Assembly (NCBI GenBank): GCA_012295275.1
Contig: CM022672.1
Span: forward strand, 10,044,001 to 10,108,000
DNA length: 64,000 bases
Direction of reading: 5' to 3'
Origin: Chrysomallon squamiferum
Taxonomy: Eukaryota; Animalia; Mollusca
In this document: in pieces, positions 23,189-57,100 of the stretch
Layout: each line of letters opens with the position of its first letter
Numbering within the stretch: the first letter of the stretch is position 1
Translations under genes and position numbers: made by a program
Notes under the pieces: generated by a model
Told to the model about the DNA's origin: nothing
The model's database searches: none
Seen by the model: the letters and a program-made list of their open reading frames with translations, nothing else

Positions 23189-23289
23189 TAGCCTGGTTCC
23201 CTTGTCTCACCACAGTGGTCGCTTTCTCTCTCTAAGTTTGAGTCGGAGAGCGACAGCGACTCCTGGGCCGAGGCAAGGCAACCAGGCTA
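23189..23289. mobile_element. 101-bp palindromic MITE-like element (TAGCCTGG...CCAGGCTA)
   Basis: tagcctggttcccttgtctc pairs with gaggcaaggcaaccaggcta (18/20); imperfect pairing continues inward. Confidence 0.6.
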
Positions 23290-23349
23290 CTTCGAACTGA
23301 TGGATGTATGTCTGAAACAAACATTTTCATTCACGACTGTTTTAGTCTC

Positions 23350-23488
23350 GTCTCATTCCAAAACAAGTATTCCTTTGCAATTGATCATCACCAAGAAGAG
23401 ACATGAAATAGTTCCTCAAACTATCCCGCATTTGGTATGTCTCTTGTGATGCATGGTTGCTTCTTGCTCTCAAATTTCTCAATGCTGT
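23350..23488 (-). mobile_element. PIF/Harbinger transposase C-terminal remnant
   Basis: Translates TALRNLRARSNHASQETYQMRDSLRNYFMSLLG..Q, like the sN.as..a..iRD.l..YF.s..G...wQ end of Harbinger transposases. Confidence 0.5.
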
Positions 23489-25095
23489 CTTTTTTGTGAT
23501 GTCATTTTTTTTTTTTTTTCTGTTTCAAAACGTCTATGAACTGTACACCAAAATCATTTTTGATTGCTCACTAAAATCAGCAACGGTAACATGTCCTCGT
23601 GCACGAAAACTGTAAACATTTTCAATTCACCGCGTTCCGTTACCGCTTTTCTCCGTAATCAGATCGTTATGGACAGAAAAAAGCTAAAATTATTCCAGCT
23701 ATTCTTGATATATTTTTAATTAAAGTGTACAAACACTGTTGAAACTGCTACATTGTTTTTACTAAATATTTAAATATTTTTCCTTTTTTATTCTAAGTAA
23801 ATAGCTGAACATCATTGTTTTCTGTTATATTTTATTAATGTTATTTTATTTATTTATTTATTTATTTATGTATTTATTTATTTATTATTTATTTATGTTA
23901 TTTTTTTTTTTTTTGTCAGAGTATCAGTTATAGTTTTTACCATTAAATGTTACATTTGATGAAGGCGATTTCGATATACGCGGTAACGTTGATGGATTAA
24001 TGAATCCGTTAATCACGGGATACTTGTATGAAGACTCACTGCACGATTTATTCGTAGCGCTACATGCTCAAAATAATTTTAATATGAATTGTCAGAAGTT
24101 AATCTGGTGTTTGGTTAAAGAGAATGCCATTATTATGTAAAAAAAACTCACATTTAAGATGATCTAGTATCATTATTTATAAATAGATAAACTAAAAAAC
24201 TCATAAAAAAAAAAAAAAAAAAAACAACGATCAAACAAACCAAAAAAAATAATAATAATAATAAAATGAAATAAAAAAATGAAAATAAAACAAGTCGGAA
24301 AAAAGATAACGGGACAAGAAGGGGTGTACATTTGTATTCACCTCTGTAAATAAAATAAATACAGTTATTACGAAATCAAAACATATTATTTCCAGTTAAA
24401 AAATTTTCAGATAACTCAAATGTGTGATTTAATGTGGAATAATCATGTATTATTTATAATCAAATGAAACGTTTACACACTATTTGTTTTTGACAAAAAA
24501 AAAAAAAAGTTATATAAAAAATGAATATTTCTTTGTGTACTCGTGTGCATATGTATGTATGTAAGTATATATGTATGTATGTATATGTATTATAAATGTG
24601 TGTACATGTGTTAGTGTATAGAGTGTTAAAGATAAAATGTTAATGTTTGAAATGAAAGATGTTACTTACAATGATAGCAAAACAGTAAGCTTCGATAATG
24701 TTTATCTCCATCTAACTAATTATTTTATTCAGTTCCATTCAATAGGTATTTACTAGTATTGAAATATAAATATAAAATAAATAACGATTATCTACAGACG
24801 TGTAAATATATTACATGTCGTTCGTTCCCAGTTTTCTGTTTGTTATTATTATTTTTATTATTATTACGAAATATAATGAACAACAAATCTGAATCCTAAT
24901 GTTTTTTGTTTTTTTTACAAAATATATTTTATTAATCTGTCCAGTAATTCTGATAGCAGTTATACACGTACAGAATAAAATAAAGTTAATATTTATCAGT
25001 GAAACCCAGAAACTGGCATCAACAACAGGTCCAATCGTTTAATAATAAAAAGCAAACAAACGTTTTGCAAATAGATCGATCGTTTGTTTCAAATA

Positions 25096-25542
25096 CAGGC
25101 TGAAGATCCCAAACTCGGCATCGTTGGGACCAACGACGACTTCTGCAACGTCGAAGACAACTTCATGCGACGCTGCATCAGCGCTTTTTCCAGGTCTTCA
25201 CTTTTTTTACTTTCCTTCATAGTTTTACATTTCTCCATACGTTTCGTCGTTTCACTTGCTGTGTAATATTCCTTCAACAATTTCTTCTGTTTCTGAAGGT
25301 CGTACACAGTCGAAGAACCAACGCCAGACTGTTCACGAAGTCTGCACAGCGATGTTCCTGAGTCTAACCTCTTCAAGAAGATCTATGTTTTCCAGTTATA
25401 CTCGACATTCTTTCTTTTCTTCACGGCGACATTGACGGGTGATTTTGGGCGTTTGAGAGAAGTCGTAGCGGCGTTTCGGCGAAATATTGTTAGGTAACGG
25501 GACCGTTGTCGAACATGGCCGAGTTTTGGGACCTTCCACTTG
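25096..25542 (-). mobile_element. internally deleted Tigger/pogo (Jerky-like) DNA transposon
   Basis: TA flanks (25094-95, 25543-44); imperfect TIRs caggctgaagatcccaaactcggc / gccgagttttgggaccttccacttg; ORF KRLDSGTSLCRLREQSGVGSSTVYDLQKQK..KTMKESKKSEDLEKAL resembles the CENP-B/psq HTH N-terminus. Confidence 0.8.
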
Positions 25543-26562
25543 TATTTAGAACTCATTAACTAAATAAATAGTTAAATAAATAAACAAAATGAATGAATAA
25601 ATTATAAAACATACAAATATCTAACCAAAAATCTTTGAACAATAAATAAACATCACGATGTTCTTCAGTCTAATGTTAAAAATGTTAGCTTTACACAAAA
25701 CTGTAAATGATTTTTGGCGTCTTTAAGAATTTTAATTTTTTTTACATTAGAGAAAACGCCATTCAACATATTTGAGAAATACCGGGTTTTCCTGTCTCTG
25801 TCAGTTAACTCGCATCTTAAGAATACAAATCTATTTCCACAATCTTAGTCTTTAAAAATGATATCCTTGTTCTGGTAAAATTCCTTGATTCAAACATTCA
25901 TCTGACATATCTGTAACTTTAGACTGTGTGTTTTTATTTCCTTTTTTTTTTCTATGACCTTAACACACCATAATTTTGATCTTTTCTGAGCTGAAAAATT
26001 TGAAATTAAATTCATCATAAGCAACGATTTGTCTCACATCAACTTCCTTATTAACTTTTCATTCGTTATTAAACGTTTTATGTCTTCATCGTCGCTTTTA
26101 ATTTCCGTACCATTAGGTTTTCTGAAAATATTCCGCAGGTTACTTCCCTTTGAGAAAACATTTGATCTTTCAGCCGTTTGATATAATATTTGATGTCGGC
26201 ACTATTTATTTTTGTTCTGAATCTTTGGTGTACATACACCTAATAACCGATTCATCTCCGCACCAGGACTCTCTCTCTCTGTCGTAATTGTTCAGGAGAT
26301 ACTTCTCAGTCTATTAATATACATGAGAGTTAATTGGGTCGTAATAACACCCTGTCTGGGTGGTGAACACGAAGAAGTCTTATAATCTCAAATCCGCACT
26401 AGAATCGTTTTAGTATGGCTACTCATCTACATCGATGACACTCTGGTTTGAGAATATTGAAGATAATGACGTGGTCGTTCAGCAATCAGATCAAATTGTT
26501 CGGTAATATTAACCCACGTAATTAGACATATTTGCTTCGCTTGTAGAAACTTGTCCAGTGTT

Positions 26563-46166
<19,604 letters not shown>

Positions 46167-47315
46167 GTTTGGCTTATTATTGGTTTATCCGTTAGTCTGT
46201 ATTTCTTTGCCCTGAAAATAAATAAAATAATATTAAAAATACAGATACATCAGTCACAGAGGCTGACTTGCTGAAAGACTATAAAAAAGACAAACAAGGA
46301 AATATTCATTTATACATAGAAAGATACTTAGACAGATACATAGATAAATAAATATAGATATACAAACAGATGTACGAAAAGATGGATGGATGGATAGATA
46401 GAAAGATATACAGACAGACAAACATATATTTATATCTTATATTTCTGTGGCGTAGAATAATTAATAATCCTTGTTCAGACAGTTAATTTAACTTTTATTT
46501 TCGTTCTTCTTTTCTTTTTTCTTTTCGTCTTTTTTCTTTTTTCTTTTCGTCTTTTTCTTTTTTCTTTTTTGTTGTTATTGTTGTTGTTGTTGTATAACCA
46601 CACAGACAGACAAAGAAATAGACAGACAGCGAGTTTTAAATAAATGACAACAATACAAACAAACAACTGAATTAATAAACTTTTACTATCTAAAACAAAC
46701 AAAAAAAAAAACCCATTCAATTTCATCTTATCTATCCAGATATCGCATTTTACCATCTAACTGGCCCATCAAATCAAACATGTATAAAATCTACTGCCGC
46801 TTCGAAATTATTTCCCTTTGTAACGTTCTCGAAACGTAGAGGAAATTAAATGGAGAATTAAATTAATTCTGATTCTACGAGGAGATCTAAATGTTCCTGT
46901 TTGGTCACAGACAAATGAACTAGAAAACATTTTTCGAGTCCAGCTGTTCAAACAGTGAGTAGTTAATGATTACTGATGAATTATTGATGAAATGCAGAAG
47001 GGAATAACAAGATACCCATACATAATCTAGTTTTAGTCGTTTCTAATTCTTTCTCCTATTTTTTTTTTTTTTTTGTGATAGCTATAGATAAAAATTAAAT
47101 GACCAAAGATCACAGACGTAATAAATGTTTAGGATGGAAATTGTGTTTTATTTCTGATTTATTAAAAGCATGGACAATAGTTTAGTCTAAAGTATGTAAT
47201 TTCATTTTTTATTCAATTGATTTACCTCCGTGATTATACTTTTTGTAATTATCTTTTTTTGTCTCTTGCGGTACTATGTTTTCTTTTTCATCTTTTCTTT
47301 GATGTTTATGATTCT

Positions 47316-47338
47316 GAGAGAGAGACAGACAGACAGAC

Positions 47339-47432
<94 letters not shown>
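47316..47432. repeat. (GACA)n/(GA)n microsatellite
   Basis: Simple repeat. Confidence 0.95.
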
Positions 47433-47434
<2 letters not shown>

Positions 47435-47759
47435 GGACGATAATGAATGAAAGACCAGATTTTTTGTATGGGAAAGATTAATCTGATTTCCCCTTATCAC
47501 TTTAGAATATTTGAAATCAGCAAGACAACAATTTAAAGAGATTTGCATAAATGTACTTTATTCTCCAGGTTCAACTAATGATTCATTCTAGATTCAATCT
47601 ATAAATTTTTCAGGTATTCATCTGCAAAAATCTCACATAATCCACTGCGATAGATATACAGGTTTTTCACTAAGCCACATTATAAACAGTACTTAAAAGT
47701 TAGATGTGTCAAATACATCGTCAGAAGACTTTACACTGTAGAATCATTCCTCTTTACTC

Positions 47760-47850
47760 TCCAATTTGGTCTATATCCCATTCCAACCAAAACTCCTCCA
47801 CTGGTTTATCAAAGACTGTGAGATATCATTTCCTGTCAATGGAAATATTC
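47760..47850 (+). mobile_element. degenerate SINE core (Meta-domain-like)
   Basis: cccattccaacca...ccactggtttatcaaagactgtg...cctgtcaatggaaa resembles a mollusc SINE central domain as recalled. Confidence 0.35.
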
Positions 47851-48031
47851 TGAACCTCTAGCTACTAACTCATAACAATCCGTATTTGGTGTCAGCGAAT
47901 GTCCTTTCTTACGTCATTATAATGAAGTTACTTTAAAAATTAAGTTTCTGAGACATATTTTATGTATATTGACTGACAAACGTATGAAAAGGCTGACAGA
48001 AAAACTGACAGATCTGGGCGCACACACACAC

Positions 48032-48075
<44 letters not shown>

Positions 48076-50039
48076 AATGGACTGATAGATAGATAGATGA
48101 ATGGATAGATGGATAGATAAATAGATAAATTTAATGGTATATTTATATATATATATATATAAAATGAATGGACTGATAGATAGATAAATGAATGGACGAT
48201 AGATAGATAAACAGACAGATTTAATTGTATCCCAGACAAAGCAAACAAGACAGAGATTGAAGAAGCAATCAGATTATTTAAGCTGTGTTTGTAGTTCGCA
48301 CTAATAAACTTATCTAAATTCTTCGAAGAGAAGAGATAATTGCATTTACTCAAATATACATCATGTCATCTTTATCAATTTCGACCTCGTGTTTGCCTCG
48401 CTGATTGAATTAGTGAATACTATTATACCAACGTACCTGACAGAAAACAAATCTTATTACTTATTTCTATCATCTTTATTAGTTTCAGATGATGTGTTAG
48501 TAACTTATTATATGTTGGACATGAGCCTACAGATGGCTGGAATAAGCTGACATTTAAACCTTTGTCGAATTCTTGGCTATACGTTTTGTTTAAGATTTCA
48601 GATTCTTTAATTCGTATTAGTGATAGTGGTAGAAGAAATGTTATGACTAACTCAATTCAGTTGTTTATATCTAAAAAAAAAAAAAAAAAAATATTCATTT
48701 TTTATTTGAAATTAGAGTTGTTTTGATCTTCATATTTTTTTTTTTCTTTTTTAATGTTCATTGTTTAACCGAAAATACAGTTCACATCGGATCGATATTC
48801 TTATGGTAATTTCCAATCCAAACACTGCTCCTCTTCAGATTTCCTAACAAGAAAATTCTACTTCTATATATCAGATGAGACATAGAAACGTAACGGCTAA
48901 AAGTTACACCAGACTCTGAAACAGAATGTTTATATCACTGGTATTTAAAACCCTTACAAACTGGGATTGCGTGTTCTTTCTAACCTTCTCTGACACAGTA
49001 TTAGCTGTGTCGTCATAAACAGGTAACCTAGACTACGCAAGAAAACGTATTTTTTTAACCCGACGATAAAAGCACGTCTTCAAAAAGTTTGTTCAGATAT
49101 TAACAGCCAGTTCAAAAACAGCTCTTCCTTTCAGCTTAACAGCCCGTGTAAACCATTCAAAGAGTCCTCGGAGGAATCTTGTAATTTTAAATATGTCAAA
49201 CCTAATTGCTTTGAGTCTAGCATTTCTTACATCTGCGTTGTCAGATCAGAAAACTGCATGGGTTTATTACACAATCAATGTCCGTAATCTGTTAGTTAAT
49301 GTAACAATAGAAACCATCAGTACACGTAACAGAACAGACGAAACACACTTTTACAATACCAGAATAGATCTTGATTTTGTTTATGGATGCTTCTCTATCG
49401 ACCATCGGCATTTGTTTCAAACTGGACTCAGTCTAATTTCAAAAAAATAAACTATTTTTATCTAATCACATTTAATTAGTACGTTATGTTTGCTGGAGTA
49501 TAAACGGATATTTTTCCTCCATTTTTCACAGCTAATCTTATGTAAGGGCATATCTAACATTTCTAAACCGCTGTCGCATGCGATACCAGTTTTCATTGAA
49601 AAGCGTATTCCAACAACAGCAGAATACTGGTTATAACGGGAAATTGCCCCAAAGATGCACAGAGGAGGATTGATCCTGCAGTCTATCATACCTCATATTC
49701 TGTGAAGACTTTTTCACCACGGTGTTGACAGATAATTATAAAGTTGGGGGTTTTTTTGTTTTGTTTTTTTAACGCAACGACTTCAACTGTTTAATAATTA
49801 CACACTAAATTTCAACAGAACTAAAGTCACAGTTTTGTTTTGAATAAGACATCGAAACACAGAAAATGTGATGTTTTCAGTTACTCTGGCAATTAGTGAT
49901 AAAGATAACAGTCTCTGCTCTTTCTTTCATTTTCTTGCAGATGACATAACAAATACGACCACAGATGGGCTGTACTGAGAGAAACACTTAAATGTACGTA
50001 TGTATGTATGTTTGTATATATATATGTGCATCTATCTAT

Positions 50040-50075
<36 letters not shown>

Positions 50076-52680
50076 GTCTATCTAAGTATGTATCTATGTT
50101 TGTGTGTATATATATATATATGTGTGTGTATACGAATGTTCATATGTATATAAGAATGTACGTACATGCGTGTGTGGAGTCGGTATATTCATGTATGCAT
50201 GATTAAGTGTATTTACATATAATTATAACAACTCACAGTATAATAATGTACATTTGTTTATGTGTTAAATTACCGTTCAGACAGAAAGACCAAAACAGAG
50301 TTAGGCATGTTAAACAAAGCTAAAAGAGACCGACGTTATGAGAAAAAAATGTTCCACTATTCATCTCAGCTGTAGGAATGTTGTAAAACTGAGAATTTTT
50401 ACAACACAGAAACAAAGAGAGAATGTTAGCAGATAACAATAGCTGTCAGGAGTGACAGACTACACCAGAAGAGAAGCGTGTGATAATACACGTCAACGTT
50501 TATTTGTGTTTCAGTAATGTTATCTCGCAGCACAAATTGCAGAGAAATAATTAACTGTGGTGAGACACTGCAGATTCGTTACGTTGTGGTCTTGTGTGTG
50601 GCTGCGTTCATTTCTTAACTTCTTAACGTTACGCCGGCCCCCTATTTGTATAATATTACCAGTCAAAACACCACTTCTGTTAACAAGTAGTGTACGAAAA
50701 ACATTTCCGTAAAAAGATATTTTGGATATTTCTGAAACAGTAATTTCCAGAGTTTTGTGGGGTTTTTGTTGTTGTTTTTTTTGTTTTGTCTATCTAAAAC
50801 AAGTTTTAGTTTTCTCTATATAATACAGGAACGATATGTTTGTCTGTAAATATAATACAGCTGATATGTTTGTCTCTACCAGAAATGGATCCAGGATTTC
50901 CAAACAAATGTCGTCTTTATGACTGATAAAAAATGTCCAAGATGAAATCAAATTGTTACTGTTAGAGATGTAATTGCAGCAGCCAGGGTTGTTATGAAAA
51001 TGAAGATTGAAAAATTTGAAGCCTGGGGACGTACAAAGTTTCAGTCTAATCAAAGCTTAGAGAACTGTCTGAAGATGAAATATACGAATATTTTTATGTT
51101 TCTGCATATGTGTATGTGTGTGTGTGTGTGTGTGTGTACTCTGTGTATATAACAGGAGTAGTCGTTCTGTTAACTTGGAATACTGGAAAAGAAACTTTCT
51201 ATAATGTTTTAAAACTAATAGTTATATAAAATCAAATAAAAATAAAAAAAAAAAAAAAAAAAAAAAAATGAAGCATACGTTTATCAAATCTGATGTGACA
51301 TATTGTGGTCGACAAGACGTATACTGAGAAAACGCTTAAATCTTAAAAGCGACGCCATAATGATTCTCCTACTATTACAGAACGTTTCACAGAACGCGAC
51401 AAGCTGTCGTAACATATCGTGCAACAAAAACATCACAGTTCTGCGCAGATATAAGTGCGTTTCACCGCATAGCCGCGAATATGGTTAGGATACTAAATCT
51501 AAGTAGAATGTTTCTATAAATATTACGTTTGATCCTTAGCCAAGATATTTATGTTGTAAATTTTCTCTCTCTCTCTCTCTCTTTTTTTATTTGTTAGCGA
51601 TGCTTCTCATAAAATATATTTGTCCTTGCTGATATGGTAAACACAAGTGTGTGATTTCTATGTGTAACCAGTATAATGGTATTTGTAAATAATTTCTGCA
51701 GAAGTGTCTACCAGTGGAGTCGTTATAGATAAATGTAATGTAGCTAAATAAATAAAATATAAACGTACTGAACAAACAACACACATTCAATGCTGACTGA
51801 AAAGATAATAATGTTATAGAAGAAGAAAAATAAGTGTAGTGTAATATACGAACACTTTGAACTAGCTCCCGAGAGAATGAGTAATTTTTGTGTCTATGTA
51901 CATTTACTGACAGAGAGGGAAGGAGAGAGACAGACAGTCAGACAGACAGACAAACTAGAGACAGACAGACAGATAGACTAGAGACAGAGAGACAGATATA
52001 CAGATAAAGTTAATGGGAGTTAGAAAGAGATAAGAGAGAAAGAAACTGAGAAAGAGAAAGAAAGGGCATGAGAAATAAAGAAAGAGAGCGAAAGAGAGAG
52101 GGAAAAGATAGAGAGAAAAAAAAAAAAGGGGAGAAAAAGAGAATCAGTTTTTGAAGGAAGAGTTTAATTTGTAAAATTATACATGAAATAACACTAAAGT
52201 CCGATAAATTAAAGATGTTTTGAATGATATTAATGAATATATATATCAATGATTCATCCAAAATATAAATAAACCAAAAATAAAATAAAATCACAGCAGA
52301 AAGAAGCGCAATATACTATTAACATCTAAAATTATTAGTTCATTCAACTTCGTAGCGATTATCTCAACTTAAAATAATTCTATATGCTTTAATATTATTT
52401 CGTGTTATGTTCATCGCTTACGTTATTCGATGCAAATGATGGTTTAGTAATTATTTAGTAATTATTATTCCATACAGAGCAGCATCTCAGCAGCTGTCAA
52501 CGTCTGTAATTCCTTTACCGCTCCAGGACACTTGGCATATTTTTTTACATCACTGTTATTTATTCAGCAACAGACATCATTATGGATTAAAAACGGCGAA
52601 GACGCATTGGATGAAAAATCTGATGAATGGCCCTTTCTTTAAGAGAACTAATTTAGAAGATAATCTATTTTAATCTTCTT

Positions 52681-52712
<32 letters not shown>

Positions 52713-52936
52713 GTAATCGGTAGCCAACAGAAAGACACCTGATCGCTGTTGAAATTAATGTCTGCAACCAGTGAAACGAATGTACTGCAGTGATATGATG
52801 TACGTAGTGCTTAACAGCTGACAATGACGTCCTGTGACGTAATTACGTAGATGCGTCAATATGTAATTGAATACGTAAGTAGGTTTTCTTGAGAAAGACT
52901 GAGAAACCGAGGAAAAGCTACAGAGTGTGACTGAGA

Positions 52937-53037
<101 letters not shown>

Positions 53038-55832
53038 AAATGTTTATAAATTTATCAAATGATGAACATAACTGATTGCTTCTTAGCATTCAGCTATTGC
53101 TACTACTTCTACCACTGCTACTGTACAATAATTATAAGCAGAAAATTACTTCTTGTGAATGGATGGTGAATGTTTTAAATAAATGATAAAAACCTGTGTC
53201 ACTGCAAACAAGTAGCAAGCCTAAACCCCATCCACCCTCCATGAACTGCATTCCTGCAGCAAATCAGAATATGGAATGAGACTGAACTAAGTGCAGTAAA
53301 CTGTCATGTTTTGGCAATCTAACGATCATTAGCGAGACCACATAATTCATGATGATTCAACAAGCGTACAAGGCCAGACAACGTCACTTCACCTATTTCC
53401 GTCCGACCAGGTTTGTCGGAATACGGAACTTTCAGTGTTTCGCTCTTCAGCAGACTAGAGGCGCTAATATCATTATTAACTGCGATCATTCAAAGGACGG
53501 TGAAGTGTCACTGACTGACAGCTACGGAATGTTTAATGAAAATAGCGCGAAGGAACGACCTCTTGAAGACCGTCAAGAGGCAGCAGATGCCTAGTAACCG
53601 AGATATCCTTTCTTGGAGGTCCAGCGGCACTTGCTTAATGAAGATTTATAGGAAAATAAATGTGACATAATTGTTTCTGACCGATAACGACGTAAAGGAG
53701 GAAAAAGCAATTAAACTTTAGTGCTTGTCTAAAATCAGAAGTGGCATTCCGTGCTTCTGTGTTTCAGGAATAGTCTGTGTTTAAGACAAGACTTTAGAAC
53801 CAGCTTACCATTCAGATACTGCAAACAAAGAACACAAAACTCGGGTGAATGAGTGAAATGAATATGTATTAACGATGCCTTGTCTTATTAACTGTTATTA
53901 GGTGACAGTTGTAAAGACTCGCTTTCTCTTCTCAATGGTCAATTCGCACCGAGTAACGAGTTTACAACCAGACACTACAGCTCCTGTTATCAGTCACAAG
54001 AACTGGTTGAATCGCCAAACAAAACAATGGGTCTTGATGAACCGTTAGTCCTGTTATCGGTTGGTTGAGGCTTAATTTCACTAGTGTATCTGTTTGTTAA
54101 ATACAAACATAAAGTTATACACGTCTTGATAATAAGCACTGCTTTTGGAAATCAAGACAATGTGGATTAATTGTCAGTTAAAAAAAAAGAAATAATGATA
54201 CTTTAATGAGCACATATTTATTGTATAATATGGAAATATTATATAAATTATATTGTTAACGTCATTCGTTAGAATTGTCTACGACCTTGTAATGGGTGAG
54301 CGATGTAATTTGGTACGTCAGACCTTTCTTCGTCGTTCTGGATTAACTACAACTTCAGGGTCATAATTGTTATTTCTTTCTTTTTTAATAATTTATTTTC
54401 TTTGATAAATGTTTCTATTCCTTTTTTTATTTCAAAATTACGGTAACTGACGAGACAATAATCGTATTTAATGAAAAGCTTTATTTAGAGGCTCGTTGTC
54501 AGAATCGCTTATTTCGTATCTCAGTGAAATTATTAGACAGGGGTTCTAAACAATCAGACTCATTAATATACAGTTTAATATAAAACGAAGAAATCACTGC
54601 AAAATAGGACAAAAAATATCAGTTTAATAATTTAACCAGAATTTATTTTTCAACTGATATAAACCAAAACATTTTTTTTTAAATTCTTTATTAGTTGGCT
54701 GTTATTACATTCTACTACCACCTTTTAGTATGTTTTGTAAGCTTTTGGGACCATGCACAAATACACACATTACGCAAACAATCTCAAAACAGCATTGTCT
54801 CAAAGAAGTCTTTCAAGACGTAAACAGTGGCTTATTTCTGAAGAAAGAAAGGACTACACATTATTACAGAGGTTTAGCAAAGACGTAACATCACGTATCG
54901 GACCCGTATCGAACCCGTATCGTCTTATCTCGCGAGATTTCCTCGACACGGAACAAGCCTGAACGTACGTGTTTAGGTACAGCGAAGCACTTGCACGTGT
55001 GCACGTTTTTTCTCCGTATCGTTAAGGCAATTTTTCAAAAGGTTATAAAGAGTGTCTTGCTTTTATGATTTTCTTTAATCATCTTTGCGCCGATTAGAGC
55101 TAACTAAGTCGCATAGTTCTGCATGGTTTTTCACATAAATGATCGCCAAAGACAGCGCTGTGCTAAACTGAAACTGAGTTACGTGCATGACTCGTACCGT
55201 AGATACGTGAACGGATTGCGTCTATGATAAACCTCACTTTGATTTACTTACTCGAGTATTGCATGCATGTCATAACGTAACTCAAACAAAGTGAGGAAAT
55301 CTCTGTGTGACAGATGTTTTATTCAGTTTTACCAGGAAATCTATAGTAATAGGAAGAATCGGAAATCAGGAACTGCAGGACAAAATAAGAAATTTTCCTA
55401 AGAGGTTTTCAGAGAATTAAGTAGTTGGGAAGGTCAGTTAGCATAAACAAACACATTTTATCAGACGTTTTAATCAGCCGCTGACGTGGAACACTCAGGT
55501 CGTTTTATTTTGACGTTCACGTTGTTTTTACAATGGTGCTAATGAAAAACCATTTAGTTACCATGTTAAGTTAATAAATGGATATTAAGCGACACTTCAA
55601 TGTATTTAGAATTCAGGGATTTTTTTTTATGTGAATATTTCTGTAGACGGAAAAGTATATACGTCGTCTTTTATTAGTGAGTCACTTCCTGTAAAGGGGA
55701 ATAACCCATATGTAGGCTGTATTAACATCAATGTTTATTTTTAGAGTTGGTAAATTCTTTCATTCTTTCGTTCTTTGCACTTTTCCTTATTTTGATTTTT
55801 TTAATTGAATAAATTAACATTATTATAACCGG

Positions 55833-55888
<56 letters not shown>

Positions 55889-57100
55889 CGGATTCATTGA
55901 GCCATCCTTCTATGCAGCCATTCATTCATTCATTCATTCATCCACCCATCCATCAATCTCTACGTTCATTCATTCATTCATTCATTCATTCTGTTTATTT
56001 AATAAGACAAAATGTGCCAGATATCTTTATCCTAAATCTTTAGTAATTATTGTAGAATTCATTCATTCATTCACTCATTCATCCACTCATCCATTCATTA
56101 AGACAGTCGGTCATTCATTCGTTCGTCTCAATTCATCCATCGTAGCATGCAGCTGTCCGACCGTTTACTGAGAAATAATTTTCAAAACTGACGTACAACT
56201 AGATATTACATAAAAACATATCTTCAACTGTCGCTGTCACATATTTGCGAATAATAAGACACTTCAGAGAAATGATTGCCAGAGAAATAAATACGTTCGA
56301 GATAGCCCAAGGGTAAGTAATATTAATTTCTGCATCAAGCAATAGATTTGAACATATGCAAAATAAAATGGAAGCGGGAGTATTAATCTTTCGTGGAAAA
56401 CAATGTAAATGATGATGGTGAAGAGAAAAAAATAAATGGAATAAAATACTATAAAATAAAATAAAGATAACAAGATGTTGCTTAATATGAGGAATCTTTA
56501 CTCTTTCATTTCTATATTAGTTATTTGCTTCTCTAGATGTATTTTAAGTGTAAGATGGTTTTGTTCGAGATTTTCTAGGGGTAACTGAAGCTTTAATAAG
56601 TTAAACAACCGTTTATAGCATTAATGGGTGTTTCTTTTGCAGATAAATAGGACAATATTGACATAATATAATTCATTAGTATAATATATATGCGTACATA
56701 AACAGAAACTTGGTTCCTTAAATACACATTTTATTACGTTTCCTTGCTTTCTGCTGAAAACTTTCACAGCTGCAGAATAAATCAAATGCACTGACGTCAT
56801 ATGAAAGCGAATAATAAAGCGTAAAATTAAAACTCAGAACCTAATTATTTTACCCAAAACCTCACCGGAAAATATCATCCTCTAATTACAGGGAAAATCG
56901 AAAACGCTTGAAAAATCAAGAACATTTTTTTTTTTTTTTTTTGTCATGATTGATTGTTTAAAACACTTCAACACATTTTACTATTAATAGTTATTTGATG
57001 CTAACCATATGGATGTTTCATACAAAGGTGATATTATAGATCAGTGCCACTTCCATAGGTTACTCTTTTCGATTAGCAGAAAGGAATCTTTTACGTGGAT

